From: Epithemia pelagica
Taxonomy: Eukaryota > Protista > Bacillariophyta
NCBI GenBank assembly: GCA_946965045.2
Contig: OX337237.1
Span: forward strand, 2,976,001-3,040,000
Length of the DNA: 64,000 nt
Reading direction: 5' to 3'
Below the pieces are notes generated by a model. The model saw only the letters and a list, made by a program, of their open reading frames with translations, was not told the origin of the DNA and did no database searches. This document shows positions 54,427 to 64,000 of this stretch, piece by piece. Every line of letters begins with the position of its first letter. Positions within the stretch are counted from its first letter, which is position 1. The position numbers and the translations under genes are program-made.

Positions 54427-56471
54427 AGAGAAGGAATGCAAAGCATCCATTTGTCCTCAGATAGGACATACAATCATAGTAAAACGTCTCTGATAGAAAG
54501 ATCTACTCGAACTATTCATCTTTGATTGTATGGCGCTTTTTTGGTAGGTTGGAGGACGATGAAAGTGTGAATAGCAAGCTCATTTGACACAAATCTGGAC
54601 CAACGGAGTTTGTTGCGGGATTAAGGAAGACCAAAAGGTCTCCTCAAGTCGCAAGGCGAAGCTTTATAGCTACTAGCAAATGCCAACAATTGTCTGCTAC
54701 GTTCCTGATTTCTCGCCATCCTACAAAGGCATTACCAATGACTTCCCCTGCTGCAGTCATGCCACGATAGTACACGACAAGAAGGGAGACTTCTCCAAAG
54801 CAGGCACACGTCCAAATACCTCCACGGAAAGCTTTCATGGCGGATGGTTTGGAATATATCACTCGGTTGTTGTGGAGAACTTTTGTCGGTCACGAGTCAC
54901 GAGCGCTGCGGTCGCCGCCTAGAGGAATAAGACTCCGTGATTCGTCTGCTTCGTTTAATGTCAAAACTACTGCTATTGATAATAGTGAGAGTATGCCATG
55001 TTGGTAAAATTTATTCTTGCTTGGTTGCAAGTAGCTCCTTGTTTGTGTGTGTCGTTGTTGACTTGAAAAGGTTTGTTTAGCGTTTACTTTTCAATGGAAG
55101 CTTCGGATCGGGCCATTGCCTTAAAAGAGTTGCCATTCTGGATCTCTGTCGCTTCCCTCCACACTCCACACAATTGAAAATATAGGTAGATGCCTGTTTG
55201 CGGAATGGCCTGTTCGAAGTTCGAAGGAGCCGAAAACACTGACCATATGAGAGTATGAAAACGTCAATGCCCTCACAAGTACGCATGGAATAATGAATAA
55301 CAGCTTTGTGGATCGATGCGAGAGCTTTTGCGTCTGTCGAATCTCGAATGCTTGATTGTTGATTGTTGACGCATATTGTCGCGGTTGGTGGTTGGTGGTA
55401 CTTTCCGCAATACCCACACTCAGTCGTTTGCATCTGAGAGAAGAGAGGGGAGTCTCGACAGTATCTCTTCGTGTGTTGTTTCTTGTTTCTTGTCCATCCA
55501 TGAAGATCCATGATAAATAACTTAATTCTCGATCGCAGACTGCCGCCATCCTTTTTCGTACTTTTACGCTTCTACCCGTAACCCTTAACCCCTATGGGAA
55601 ATGCACATAGCGTTTCTTATCATCATTCTCGCTCTATCTCTGGATATGCCAGATAGAGGACAATGTGCCGTCATGTCCTTGTTTCTTCTTTCTTGCTTCT
55701 TGCGACTCGACGCCATCCAATGAACATCATCCAGGAAGGAAACGCATTCCTACGTCTTAGAATCATCTATGGTGGATCAGTTAGAGTTACCAATAATCGC
55801 TGACTGATCCGGACGCTCAGGATTGGTCTGAATGCGACTGCGAGGCGTAATCCGTAGAGACGCAGCATTTTCCGGTTTCCGGTGTGCGTCTCTTTTGTCA
55901 TTTCGCATCGGTACGGTTGCAACCATGAAAGCGAAGCTTCAACGGAAGAAGGAAGAAGTGAAATGCTTCTCCACAAAGAAAGAAACATCAGAAAGGACTC
56001 CATACTCATACTCCATGGTCCATGGCCCCTCATAATATCAATACCGGATCATGTCCATAACGATGCGGCATCGGGCATCAACCATCCCGGATATCGTGAA
56101 AGAAGAAAGAAGCAGAAGAAGACCCCAGCAAACTCTACATCGGAAATCAGAGGATACCATCAGAAAACAGAACTCACGTGGTTCGTACAATGTCCTTATC
56201 GTTCCATTCGCACGTAGCTGGTATCTGCGACTTTCCGACTCTCATTGTCCATATCCATGAACCAACAAACTTACCAGTGATGCTTCCGAATGGTGATGTC
56301 ATTGGAAACCTTTGAGCCTCTCCAACAACCATGAGATGACGAGAAACTTTTCCCATGGTCTCAAAAAAACCAAAACGCCAAAAAAACAAAAGACCTCTTT
56401 CCAACACAGTTTGTTTTGCTGCCGTCAATTCCATCCTTCTACTACAAGTCTCTTGTTCCTCACAAATCATC

Positions 56472-56987
56472 ATGTTTTTCACCAAGATTACTACCACATT
56501 GTTTCTCGTGGCCGCTGCTTTGCCAACCAGCTTCGCCGAAGACGAGTCGTTCTTGCACGCAACTGGCCCATGTGTTACAACCACGGGTAAAGAATGGGAA
56601 TATTCCTTGAGTGTATTCCCCGAACCCGTCGATGACGAGGATGGTCCATCTGCTACAAACCAAGTGGAAATCGATTTTGAGATTTACAAGGAGTTGACTG
56701 TCTCGCAAGAGGAACTGACACCATTGACGGACTACACATTCACCGTGAACCTTTCCTACAACATGGCCAAGCACACAGCCAAGAGCCAAGTGGCACGATT
56801 GATCCAACCATTGGAGTATGGAGATCCGCAAGAGGCCGAGGTTGACGTTGAGTGGGCTGTGGACTATACTCCGGCGGTGGATGGTGTGGCCGAGTTTACC
56901 GCCACGGCTGTGAACGAGGCGGAAACGGTGGAATGCACTGTGACGATCCGCGACATGGATGGAGCTCTTGCCGCCATGTTCCCTTAA
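56472..56987 (+). CDS. Small acidic secreted protein of unknown function, 171 aa, beta-strand-rich
   Basis: Signal peptide MFFTKITTTLFLVAAALPTSFA; acidic mature part with two Cys; coding-like composition. Confidence 0.7.
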   Translation: MFFTKITTTLFLVAAALPTSFAEDESFLHATGPCVTTTGKEWEYSLSVFPEPVDDEDGPSATNQVEIDFEIYKELTVSQEELTPLTDYTFTVNLSYNMAKHTAKSQVARLIQPLEYGDPQEAEVDVEWAVDYTPAVDGVAEFTATAVNEAETVECTVTIRDMDGALAAMFP

Positions 56988-57644
56988 AGAGAAGGAATGC
57001 AAAGCATCCATTTGTCCTGAGATAGGACATACAATCATAGTAAAACGTCTCTGATAGAAAGATCTACTCGAACTATTCATCTTTGATTGTATGTCGCTTT
57101 TTTGGTAGGTTGGAGGACGATGACAATGTGAATAGCAAGCTCATTTGACACAAATCTGGACCAACGGAGTTCGTTGCGGGATTAAGCTACTCGAACTATT
57201 CGTCCTTAACGATATCCGTAGGCTGCTCTCTAAGCAGATTGGGGTACTATATAAATTTGTGGCTTGGACAATAATAATGGGAACAGCAAGCGCTCTCGTA
57301 ACACGAACAAAGACTGGTGGGCGTTGCAGTACATGAAAAGGGATGCTTTTCCGATGCTGTTTAGAGCATATGTACATCACCAAGTCTCTACGGTTCGGCG
57401 GCTGCAGCCATCGGATGAGAAACCCTTGTTGGACTGCTTCGTCCAATGTCACATAAAGGATCAAACGGTGGTCCGTGATTGGGTGACAGATTGCAACTGT
57501 TGGTGGTGGGTGCGACAAAGGAGGCACGACAACCACACAGAATTGTGTGAAGGAAAACCGTCCATTGGCTGTCTCATGCTGCTCCGTGGCTCTTGTGGAG
57601 GCGACATGGGGATACCGTGTTTGAAGGATATGAGACATGAATTC

Positions 57645-59681
57645 TTAGGATTCCGCCTCTTGGTGCAGCAGTTGAGCTTCCAGCGATGCGAGTATCAACG
57701 TGAGCCATTTGCGAAGAAGTGCCTGATACAATTCCATTCCCAAATGAACGAGTTTGGAAACACCGGGAGGTTTGGCTGGTTTGGTACTGTTGGGTTTTGG
57801 AGGCGTCGGAATCTTGATTTCCCGATGATCGGGACGACTCAACGATAGCCAATAGGCATCGAGTGTTGGAATCGCCATTGTCGTGTTGGTTTGGTGTTGC
57901 TGCTGCAAAACTTGCCAAGCGACGCGATTGAATATTTGACAGGCATGGGCATCGCGAGGGTATACTTGTCGTTCCGTCAAGGGCCAGGTAATGCCATAGA
58001 CACCCCATCGCAACCATCCCGCAATGGTGGTTTCAAAGACGGTCAAGTTAAATAGGTCCTGATAGTCATGAAGCAGTGTCACGAGTTGGGTGAGATCGTG
58101 ACGATATTGGTCCACGCAGGAAAATGCTGCGTTTGGGGTGGTGCTGCCGTCTTGTTGTTGGTGTGCCAAGTAGGTCTGGTTCTTGTGGGGACGTTGCCCT
58201 GCCAAGGCGGGGACACAGAGTTTTTCGACATCGTGCAATCCGGCATTGAACAAGAGGAAATACCGTGTGGGTTTGGCGTTGGCCGCCGTGTCCTGCTCGT
58301 GCCGTCGTTTCAGACGGTCAAGTTTGTCGTGGAGTTCGTCCAATCGCGTAAAGAGTCCATTGTTGGTAAACCACATGGAACTGTGGACATGGCCATGGTA
58401 ACGGGCAAACACTTTGCGAAACCAGACGAGTTGATGGTCCATGTTGGAATCTCCCACAAAGACCACGTGCAAGTCCATTTGCAATTTGTAGAGGCAATAG
58501 GCAATCCGAACCACCAATTCCTTCATGGACAACAAGTGACAGTCGACGGGTTGATAGTCCATGCGAAATCCAATGGAATTGGAACCGTCTTGATAGCCTG
58601 TCAAGGGAAATTCGTTGTCCTGAACAGAACGATTGGCATTGTTCATTCCTGTTTGCTGCTCATGGTCTGGATATCGCACATGGTGGGTCAAGGACCATAT
58701 TCCTCGATGAACGGCACTCGTGGGGGATGTTTCATACAAGTCCTGGGGTTGACAGTCTCCAAGGCGTGGTGTGGGCATTGTTCCTGGTGATTGTGGCGGC
58801 GGTTCTGGCAGTGACTCCGGACCCGCCACGACCGTGAGTCGGGCCGGCATGTCGGGCAACAGATATCCTTCATAGGCCGGTTCGCTTCCTGCCACCATGG
58901 TGGAAAGTGTTTCCAAGGATGGAACATGAGAATAGGTCAAGACAAGTTCCAGCACATAGTCACCGGCTTGCCAAAAGACGAGCGTGGCTTGATAATCATG
59001 GACCAACGACGACGAGTTCTTATTTTCAATAGTTGTCGAACTTACACGACGAAGGATGGGACCCGTGACAATTGTGGGACCATAGGCTCGTACATAAAAG
59101 AGTGCCTGATGGGACCGACAATCGTCGTGGTGGTCGGGACGACATACAATGGAAAGTGTGTAGGGAACTCCGACACGAGGCATTGTTGGTGTTGTCGTTG
59201 TTGTGGTGGTGCTATTGGTGGTACCTGAATAGATGGGATACCGGACTTGGTACCAATGGGCCGTGGTTGTCGATGGCCGTGCCCATCCCGTATAGCCTGG
59301 CAAGTCACCGATGGTCAAGGAAGGTCGTTTTGGTGGTGGTTGCGATTGCGATGGTTGGCTTGTCGTCGTCGTCGTCATTTGTAACTCTTCCCTCAGAGAC
59401 TGGGTGGAAACTAATTGGGTTGCCTCCTCCTCTTGTCCGATACTTTTATTGTTATTACTTGTTGTTCCAGGAGGAAACGATGTCGAGGACGACGGCTGGA
59501 TTCGACTCGACGTCGTCCGTCTCTTTTTGGTGGTGGTTGTGAGAGGATCACGAATGCAACACCACACAATGGCTCCCACCGATAAGGCAATGAGAGGCAC
59601 CAAGAGTCGGACCAGACTTGAGTTTCGAACCAAACAACCAGACCATGGTTTGGGTCTCCATAATAGTTGTTGTTGTTGCAT
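57645..59681 (-). CDS. Type II membrane SGNH/PC-esterase-like (TBL/NXPE-like) protein, putative glycan O-acyltransferase or esterase
   Basis: TM anchor, FYVRAYGP..G.Y.LELVL Ig-like segment, VFVGDSNM (GDS), LFNAGLHD, DAYWLSLSRPDH and C-terminal VH. Confidence 0.65.
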   Translation of the reverse strand: MQQQQLLWRPKPWSGCLVRNSSLVRLLVPLIALSVGAIVWCCIRDPLTTTTKKRRTTSSRIQPSSSTSFPPGTTSNNNKSIGQEEEATQLVSTQSLREELQMTTTTTSQPSQSQPPPKRPSLTIGDLPGYTGWARPSTTTAHWYQVRYPIYSGTTNSTTTTTTTPTMPRVGVPYTLSIVCRPDHHDDCRSHQALFYVRAYGPTIVTGPILRRVSSTTIENKNSSSLVHDYQATLVFWQAGDYVLELVLTYSHVPSLETLSTMVAGSEPAYEGYLLPDMPARLTVVAGPESLPEPPPQSPGTMPTPRLGDCQPQDLYETSPTSAVHRGIWSLTHHVRYPDHEQQTGMNNANRSVQDNEFPLTGYQDGSNSIGFRMDYQPVDCHLLSMKELVVRIAYCLYKLQMDLHVVFVGDSNMDHQLVWFRKVFARYHGHVHSSMWFTNNGLFTRLDELHDKLDRLKRRHEQDTAANAKPTRYFLLFNAGLHDVEKLCVPALAGQRPHKNQTYLAHQQQDGSTTPNAAFSCVDQYRHDLTQLVTLLHDYQDLFNLTVFETTIAGWLRWGVYGITWPLTERQVYPRDAHACQIFNRVAWQVLQQQHQTNTTMAIPTLDAYWLSLSRPDHREIKIPTPPKPNSTKPAKPPGVSKLVHLGMELYQALLRKWLTLILASLEAQLLHQEAES

Positions 59682-60163
59682 AGTGTGTCCTTCTTTCAGG
59701 GATACACAATCTCTTTAGTTTCTTGCCATAGAGATAAACGAGGTGCTGGTCCGACGAGAGAGAGAGATGGATCGATGATCGAACGGGACGACAAAATGTG
59801 AGGGAGTGAACGTGACGCATCGATCCACCCCGCGGCATGTCGGGAGAGTGAGTGCCTCGTCGGGCATGCGCTGTTCTCGAACTGGGCCTCGAAATTCGGC
59901 GCTCCACGCCGGGCGACCCTCCTTTCGGGAACGGTCGCCGCAGCAGAGAAACTGAGAGACTTGCAAACTTCAGAAGAGATGTGTGTTGTCGTTCCATCGA
60001 ACAGGAGGAGCATCGTTGATTGCAAGCTCCCGATTCCACAACAGATACTACTTATTAAAACACACACAAGAAAAGAGACGAAGCCATTCGAGTCTGGAGT
60101 TGTAAATCATAGAAACGACAAGAGAAATACAACGACAATATACCGAGCAACAACAACAACAAG

Positions 60164-62128
60164 ATGCGATCCCATTCTTGCCCCGACGACACCATGGTGA
60201 CTTCCTCTTCTTCAAATCACTCTAGCGTTCAAACGGCATCCGCTTCAAGGCGACGGCAACAACAAGGCCATTGGTTCCAACAACGAACCAGTCTCTTGAT
60301 CATGACCTTTCTTCTGGTCGGTTCTGGAAATGTTTTTCTTGGGTTGTCTCGGCTGACAACGTTTACCTATGAAGCCAAGGAACAACAACAACAACAAGCC
60401 GAAGCAGCCCTGGGATATGAGTGGTCCAATCACAGTCAGTCAAACAACAAACCGTCATCAGAGGTTTCACAACATTACTTTAACGAAACGCACCCCGAAG
60501 CGGTTTCCAAACAGGACCCCCGCGAACCACCAACAGCATTACCCAATGCCGTCCTTACCGACACCAAACACAATGAAACACAGGACCCAAGGCCCTCGCC
60601 CAAACCACAATTCTCGGTCATTAGTACCACGCATCACAAAAGGACGCATATTACCTTGATTTGTTTGCTGGATTCTGGAAACACATATCGGTACCGTCAC
60701 TTTCCCCACGCCCTCCAATCCCTGAGTCAATGTTGGAGTTTCTTTCAATCCAAACAAGACGAACTGATGCAGGAATTGCACCACCCAAAACGTCCACCTC
60801 CACCAAAGCACCACAAAATGGTGCCTCCTCCTCCACCACCACCCATTGTGAACAATGAGAATAGTACCAAGCAAATTTTGGGTTTGATCGGAGCATCGGA
60901 CACGGATTGGCGTACCGCCTTGGTGGACTTGATCCAAATGGTCTCTCGTCCTCCTCCTCCCATTGTTTTGTTGGAAATTCATACCAAAAACATTTGGGGG
61001 TTGACCGGAGTGCTGGACCCGGGATGGCGAACCGCCTTGGTCGAATTAATGAATTGTACCTACGTCTCTCATGCCACGTCCTTTCCCAATCCCGTTGCCA
61101 GACGACACACTGTTGTCGTCAATGGTACCACTGAATACCAGCAGCATGATGTGTTTCGACCCGACCCGGTGGATGCCACGGATGGCTATCGCTTTTTTTG
61201 GCATGCCGACCATGCAAAAGAATTGCAACATCGGCTTCATCAAACCCAAACCTATCAGAATCATTTAAATCGTCAGAGTCACGAGAACAAGTCGGTACCA
61301 CATGACAATCAGCAAGAACTAGCGATACTCCGGATCGGATTGGTGAATCGACTTCAGACAAGACGTATTGGGAATATGCATCGATTGATGCAAGCCATTC
61401 GCCACGAATATCCTCATGCTGTCGTGGAAAGCGTGACCATGGAAGACATGACACCCCTACAACAATTTACATGGTGGAATCAGCAATCCATTGTGCTTCT
61501 GCCCCACGGTGCGGCCACCTCCAATCTCTTGTTTCTCCAAGCAGGATCGGCCGTGATTGAAATTTTTCCACCGCACTATTATTGGTGGGGATTTTGGAAA
61601 TTGGCCCAGTCGGTTCATGTCCGTTACTATGGATACTTTCCCAAATTCACGACCGAGGCCGCTGTGGTACTCGACCACCACGACAATAACAACAGTAGTA
61701 GCGGCAGTCGTAGCAACTTGACAACACCCATCCTTCCTACGACAATCACTCACAAAAAAGCCACCAGGCACCACCAACAAAAACAACAAGCCGTGGCACT
61801 GTATCAAGAATTTCTCCAAAACTGTCAAAACTACACGGTACAAAAACGTCATCAAAATATCAAAGTCTTGGAACCTTCCATTCCCCATGTCTTGGTCCTT
61901 TTGCGACGGGCCGTGACGGAAGGTCCACAACACAAGCATGATCGGGATGCCGGGTGGTCCTCTTATGTTCCTCAAATTGCTCGGTTGGAACCCAGTTGCA
62001 CTCGCGGTCAATCCGTCCATGTGAATGAAACGGTGGAGTTTCATGTCGACGACGATCCACCTCAAATTCCTGTTGGACCAGTATGGTTGAAACGAGAATG
62101 GTCACTCCCACGAAACCGAGAATCGTGA
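60164..62128 (+). CDS. GT61 (DUF563) glycosyltransferase copy 6, intact, with an internal duplication
   Basis: 654 aa with TM anchor, HFPHALQSLSQCWSFF, LRIGLVNR, VLLPHGAATSNLLFL and IEIFPP. Confidence 0.88.
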   Translation: MRSHSCPDDTMVTSSSSNHSSVQTASASRRRQQQGHWFQQRTSLLIMTFLLVGSGNVFLGLSRLTTFTYEAKEQQQQQAEAALGYEWSNHSQSNNKPSSEVSQHYFNETHPEAVSKQDPREPPTALPNAVLTDTKHNETQDPRPSPKPQFSVISTTHHKRTHITLICLLDSGNTYRYRHFPHALQSLSQCWSFFQSKQDELMQELHHPKRPPPPKHHKMVPPPPPPPIVNNENSTKQILGLIGASDTDWRTALVDLIQMVSRPPPPIVLLEIHTKNIWGLTGVLDPGWRTALVELMNCTYVSHATSFPNPVARRHTVVVNGTTEYQQHDVFRPDPVDATDGYRFFWHADHAKELQHRLHQTQTYQNHLNRQSHENKSVPHDNQQELAILRIGLVNRLQTRRIGNMHRLMQAIRHEYPHAVVESVTMEDMTPLQQFTWWNQQSIVLLPHGAATSNLLFLQAGSAVIEIFPPHYYWWGFWKLAQSVHVRYYGYFPKFTTEAAVVLDHHDNNNSSSGSRSNLTTPILPTTITHKKATRHHQQKQQAVALYQEFLQNCQNYTVQKRHQNIKVLEPSIPHVLVLLRRAVTEGPQHKHDRDAGWSSYVPQIARLEPSCTRGQSVHVNETVEFHVDDDPPQIPVGPVWLKREWSLPRNRES

Positions 62129-62616
62129 TTGCACTACCATCCTTGGTGAGTTCGAATTTTGGGTAGGAGCCGTTCCACACTTGTGTGTATTCGTTCCAAA
62201 AGGACATTGGAACGAGGACTCTCTCTTAGGCATTCAAAACGTTTTTCTCGTCCGGGACACAGAAATGAGTCCGTCCTCCAGCACAGTCGTGACTACCTAG
62301 ATGTTTGATTGAGTATGCGTCTACGACACATCTGGATCCGTCCATCTTCGCATCTAGAATAGAGTCTTTTGTTGCTAATAGAGGGGGGGAAAGTAGACAA
62401 CAGAATCGCAATGAGCTCTGGATATTTGTTTTTGTGGTATCGGATTCCCGAATGACCGCCATGCGCGCACCTCATCCGTTGGAATTGTCAGGTGCGGGGC
62501 AATTGTTTAGTTCAGAACACTACTCGAGCCCCCATAATCCAAACCCACACAAAGCAGACCCCCAAATCGACAGACCTTTTTTTGTCTCCTCCAAAGCAAC
62601 CATAGCGAGAGCAATA

Positions 62617-64000
62617 TGTTGGAAGTTCCCCGTTGCCGCCCGGTGCATTCGGAACCTGGGGGGAAACTCCACGTGCGTATGGACACACGTCACCATACGA
62701 CACTTCCCAACTGACGCCCCTACTGCGTCAGCACATACACACCCATAGCGTAACATGACCATACCCTTATAATTTACTCAATCCCCTTTTACGAAACTAG
62801 TTGGCCCTTTTAATCGGCAGTGACCACGGTTAAAACAACACGCTTCCTCTGCGCGACAACTGTGACCTTTCATAAGAAAAACTCACCGATTTGTGCCGTG
62901 AACTACTTTCAGGAGAGCAAGAGAACATGGGAGACGCAGCTGGAGCAGACGCCCAAGCACTCGTTCAAGCCCTGAACAATGCATCCGCTGCGATCCAGAA
63001 CGTAATAGCGCAAGCAGCTGCCGGACCAGGAGCACCAGCTGCAGGACCGTTCCTCCGTACTCCCTTGCGATCAGGGATTGCAAACACCCTGGACTTTGGC
63101 ACGAAAGAGGGCAGGAAGTACTACGAACAGGCAACGAGATCCTTATTCTCGACCGACGAGAAGTTTGATGTAGAGCCAGGCCGGTTCCAACTATTCGTGA
63201 ATCTACTCCATACGCGGGCTCGCGACCTTGGAATGCTCGAGAACGGAGCCAACTGCATGGTAACAGTTCCGGCACCTCCAGGCGGAGTCGCACCGCCAGC
63301 TGTCAACATGATCACGGATTATGGACGCTTGACGTTGGAGGAAATCAAGGCCTACGAAACGACATTCATCGGACAGAACACTAGGAACTCGCAGAACTCC
63401 AAGATGCTTCATGACTTAATCATGAACTCACTCTTACCAACCGGCATTCAACGTATCCAAATTTGGACGAATGATACCAAGGTGAATGGGGAAGATGCAG
63501 GAGGATGCCTCTTCAAGGTCGTGATTCGCGAGAGTTACCTTGACTCTAACGCGACTGTCACTACGTTGCGACTGAACCTAACAAACCTCGATCGTTACAT
63601 CGAGACGAACGGGTCCGATATCGTCGCATTTAACGCCTACGTGCAGAGCCAAGTTGATGGATTGACATCCAGAGGACACACGTCACTAGACCTAATTGTT
63701 AACTTGTTTAAAGGCTACAAAGCCGTCAAGGACGACCGTTTTCAGGATTATATCCAAAAGATTGAAGACGGCCATGAAGACGGCTCCAATGTCATCACGA
63801 GCGCAAACGAATTGATGGTTCGCGCCGTCAACTTCTACAAGAAACAAGTGACGCGCGACGAATGGGAGCAACCAACCCAGCACCAAAAGGAGGTATTGGC
63901 CCTCCAGGCCGAGGTACTCCACCTCAAAAAGCAGTCCAGCAAGAATAACGCGGACAAGGCAAAAGGAAAAGATGGGGTCCACAAGAAAGGCACCAAAGCA
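62617..64000 (+). mobile_element. Second Ty1/Copia (CoDi-type) element, 5' part only
   Basis: Candidate 224-bp 5' LTR tgttg...caaca (62617-62840) followed by a gag ORF. The 3' LTR is outside the window, so the boundaries are unconfirmed. Confidence 0.75.
62927..64000 (+). CDS. gag: Copia Gag, 3'-partial
   Basis: Not in the ORF track; translated by hand, 358 codons open to the window edge: MGDAAG..PFLRTP..LDFGTKEGRKYYEQAT..KFD..RARDLG..NSQNSKML..GGCLFKVVIRES..LIVNLFKGY. A different gag family from the first element. Confidence 0.85.
   Translation, partial: MGDAAGADAQALVQALNNASAAIQNVIAQAAAGPGAPAAGPFLRTPLRSGIANTLDFGTKEGRKYYEQATRSLFSTDEKFDVEPGRFQLFVNLLHTRARDLGMLENGANCMVTVPAPPGGVAPPAVNMITDYGRLTLEEIKAYETTFIGQNTRNSQNSKMLHDLIMNSLLPTGIQRIQIWTNDTKVNGEDAGGCLFKVVIRESYLDSNATVTTLRLNLTNLDRYIETNGSDIVAFNAYVQSQVDGLTSRGHTSLDLIVNLFKGYKAVKDDRFQDYIQKIEDGHEDGSNVITSANELMVRAVNFYKKQVTRDEWEQPTQHQKEVLALQAEVLHLKKQSSKNNADKAKGKDGVHKKGTKA

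Larger units (their letters stand above)
53440..57190. repeat. Tandem ~2-kb duplication (about 53640-54620 versus 55560-57190) with an extra partial unit at 53440-53600
   Basis: Shared blocks actctacatcggaaatcag, acttaccagtgatgcttccgaatggtgatgtc and the ~250-bp 3' flank of the small secreted gene. Confidence 0.8.

Noticed and set aside
55077-55549. CxxC-containing ORFs as a zinc-finger gene or TE relic
   Set aside because: Short, no recognisable domain spacing and no supporting termini.
57141-58017. Plus- and minus-strand ORFs around the 3' end of the SGNH-like gene
   Set aside because: They overlap a better-supported gene and carry no recognisable motifs.

Overview
Eukaryotic nuclear DNA, most likely from a pennate diatom. 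This rests on diatom-type (CoDi-like) Copia elements, ASAFAP-like bipartite presequences and AAC/ACC microsatellite-rich genes. The window is duplication-rich. Host genes: six GT61-family glycosyltransferase paralogs (three intact, three disrupted), a family-16 methyltransferase, an LRR protein, a TOM70-like TPR protein, a CgeB/GT1-like glycosyltransferase plus a truncated copy, a CmcJ/NvfI-like oxidoreductase, an SGNH/PC-esterase-like protein, a small secreted protein, and four silaffin-like KXXK-repeat secreted-protein genes in a duplicated head-to-head pair. Mobile or selfish DNA: (1) a 4.5-kb element with 23-bp TIRs carrying a RAG1/Transib-like DDE transposase and a convergent BAH-like ORF; (2) a complete Copia with 113-bp CA...TG LTRs, a 4-bp TSD and gag-TGA-CTA-pol in one frame; (3) a second Copia running off the right edge; (4) a Crinkler/RHS-type P-loop NTPase ORF running off the left edge. 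Protein family calls are motif recognition by eye; no database search was run. No rRNA, tRNA or CRISPR array was seen.
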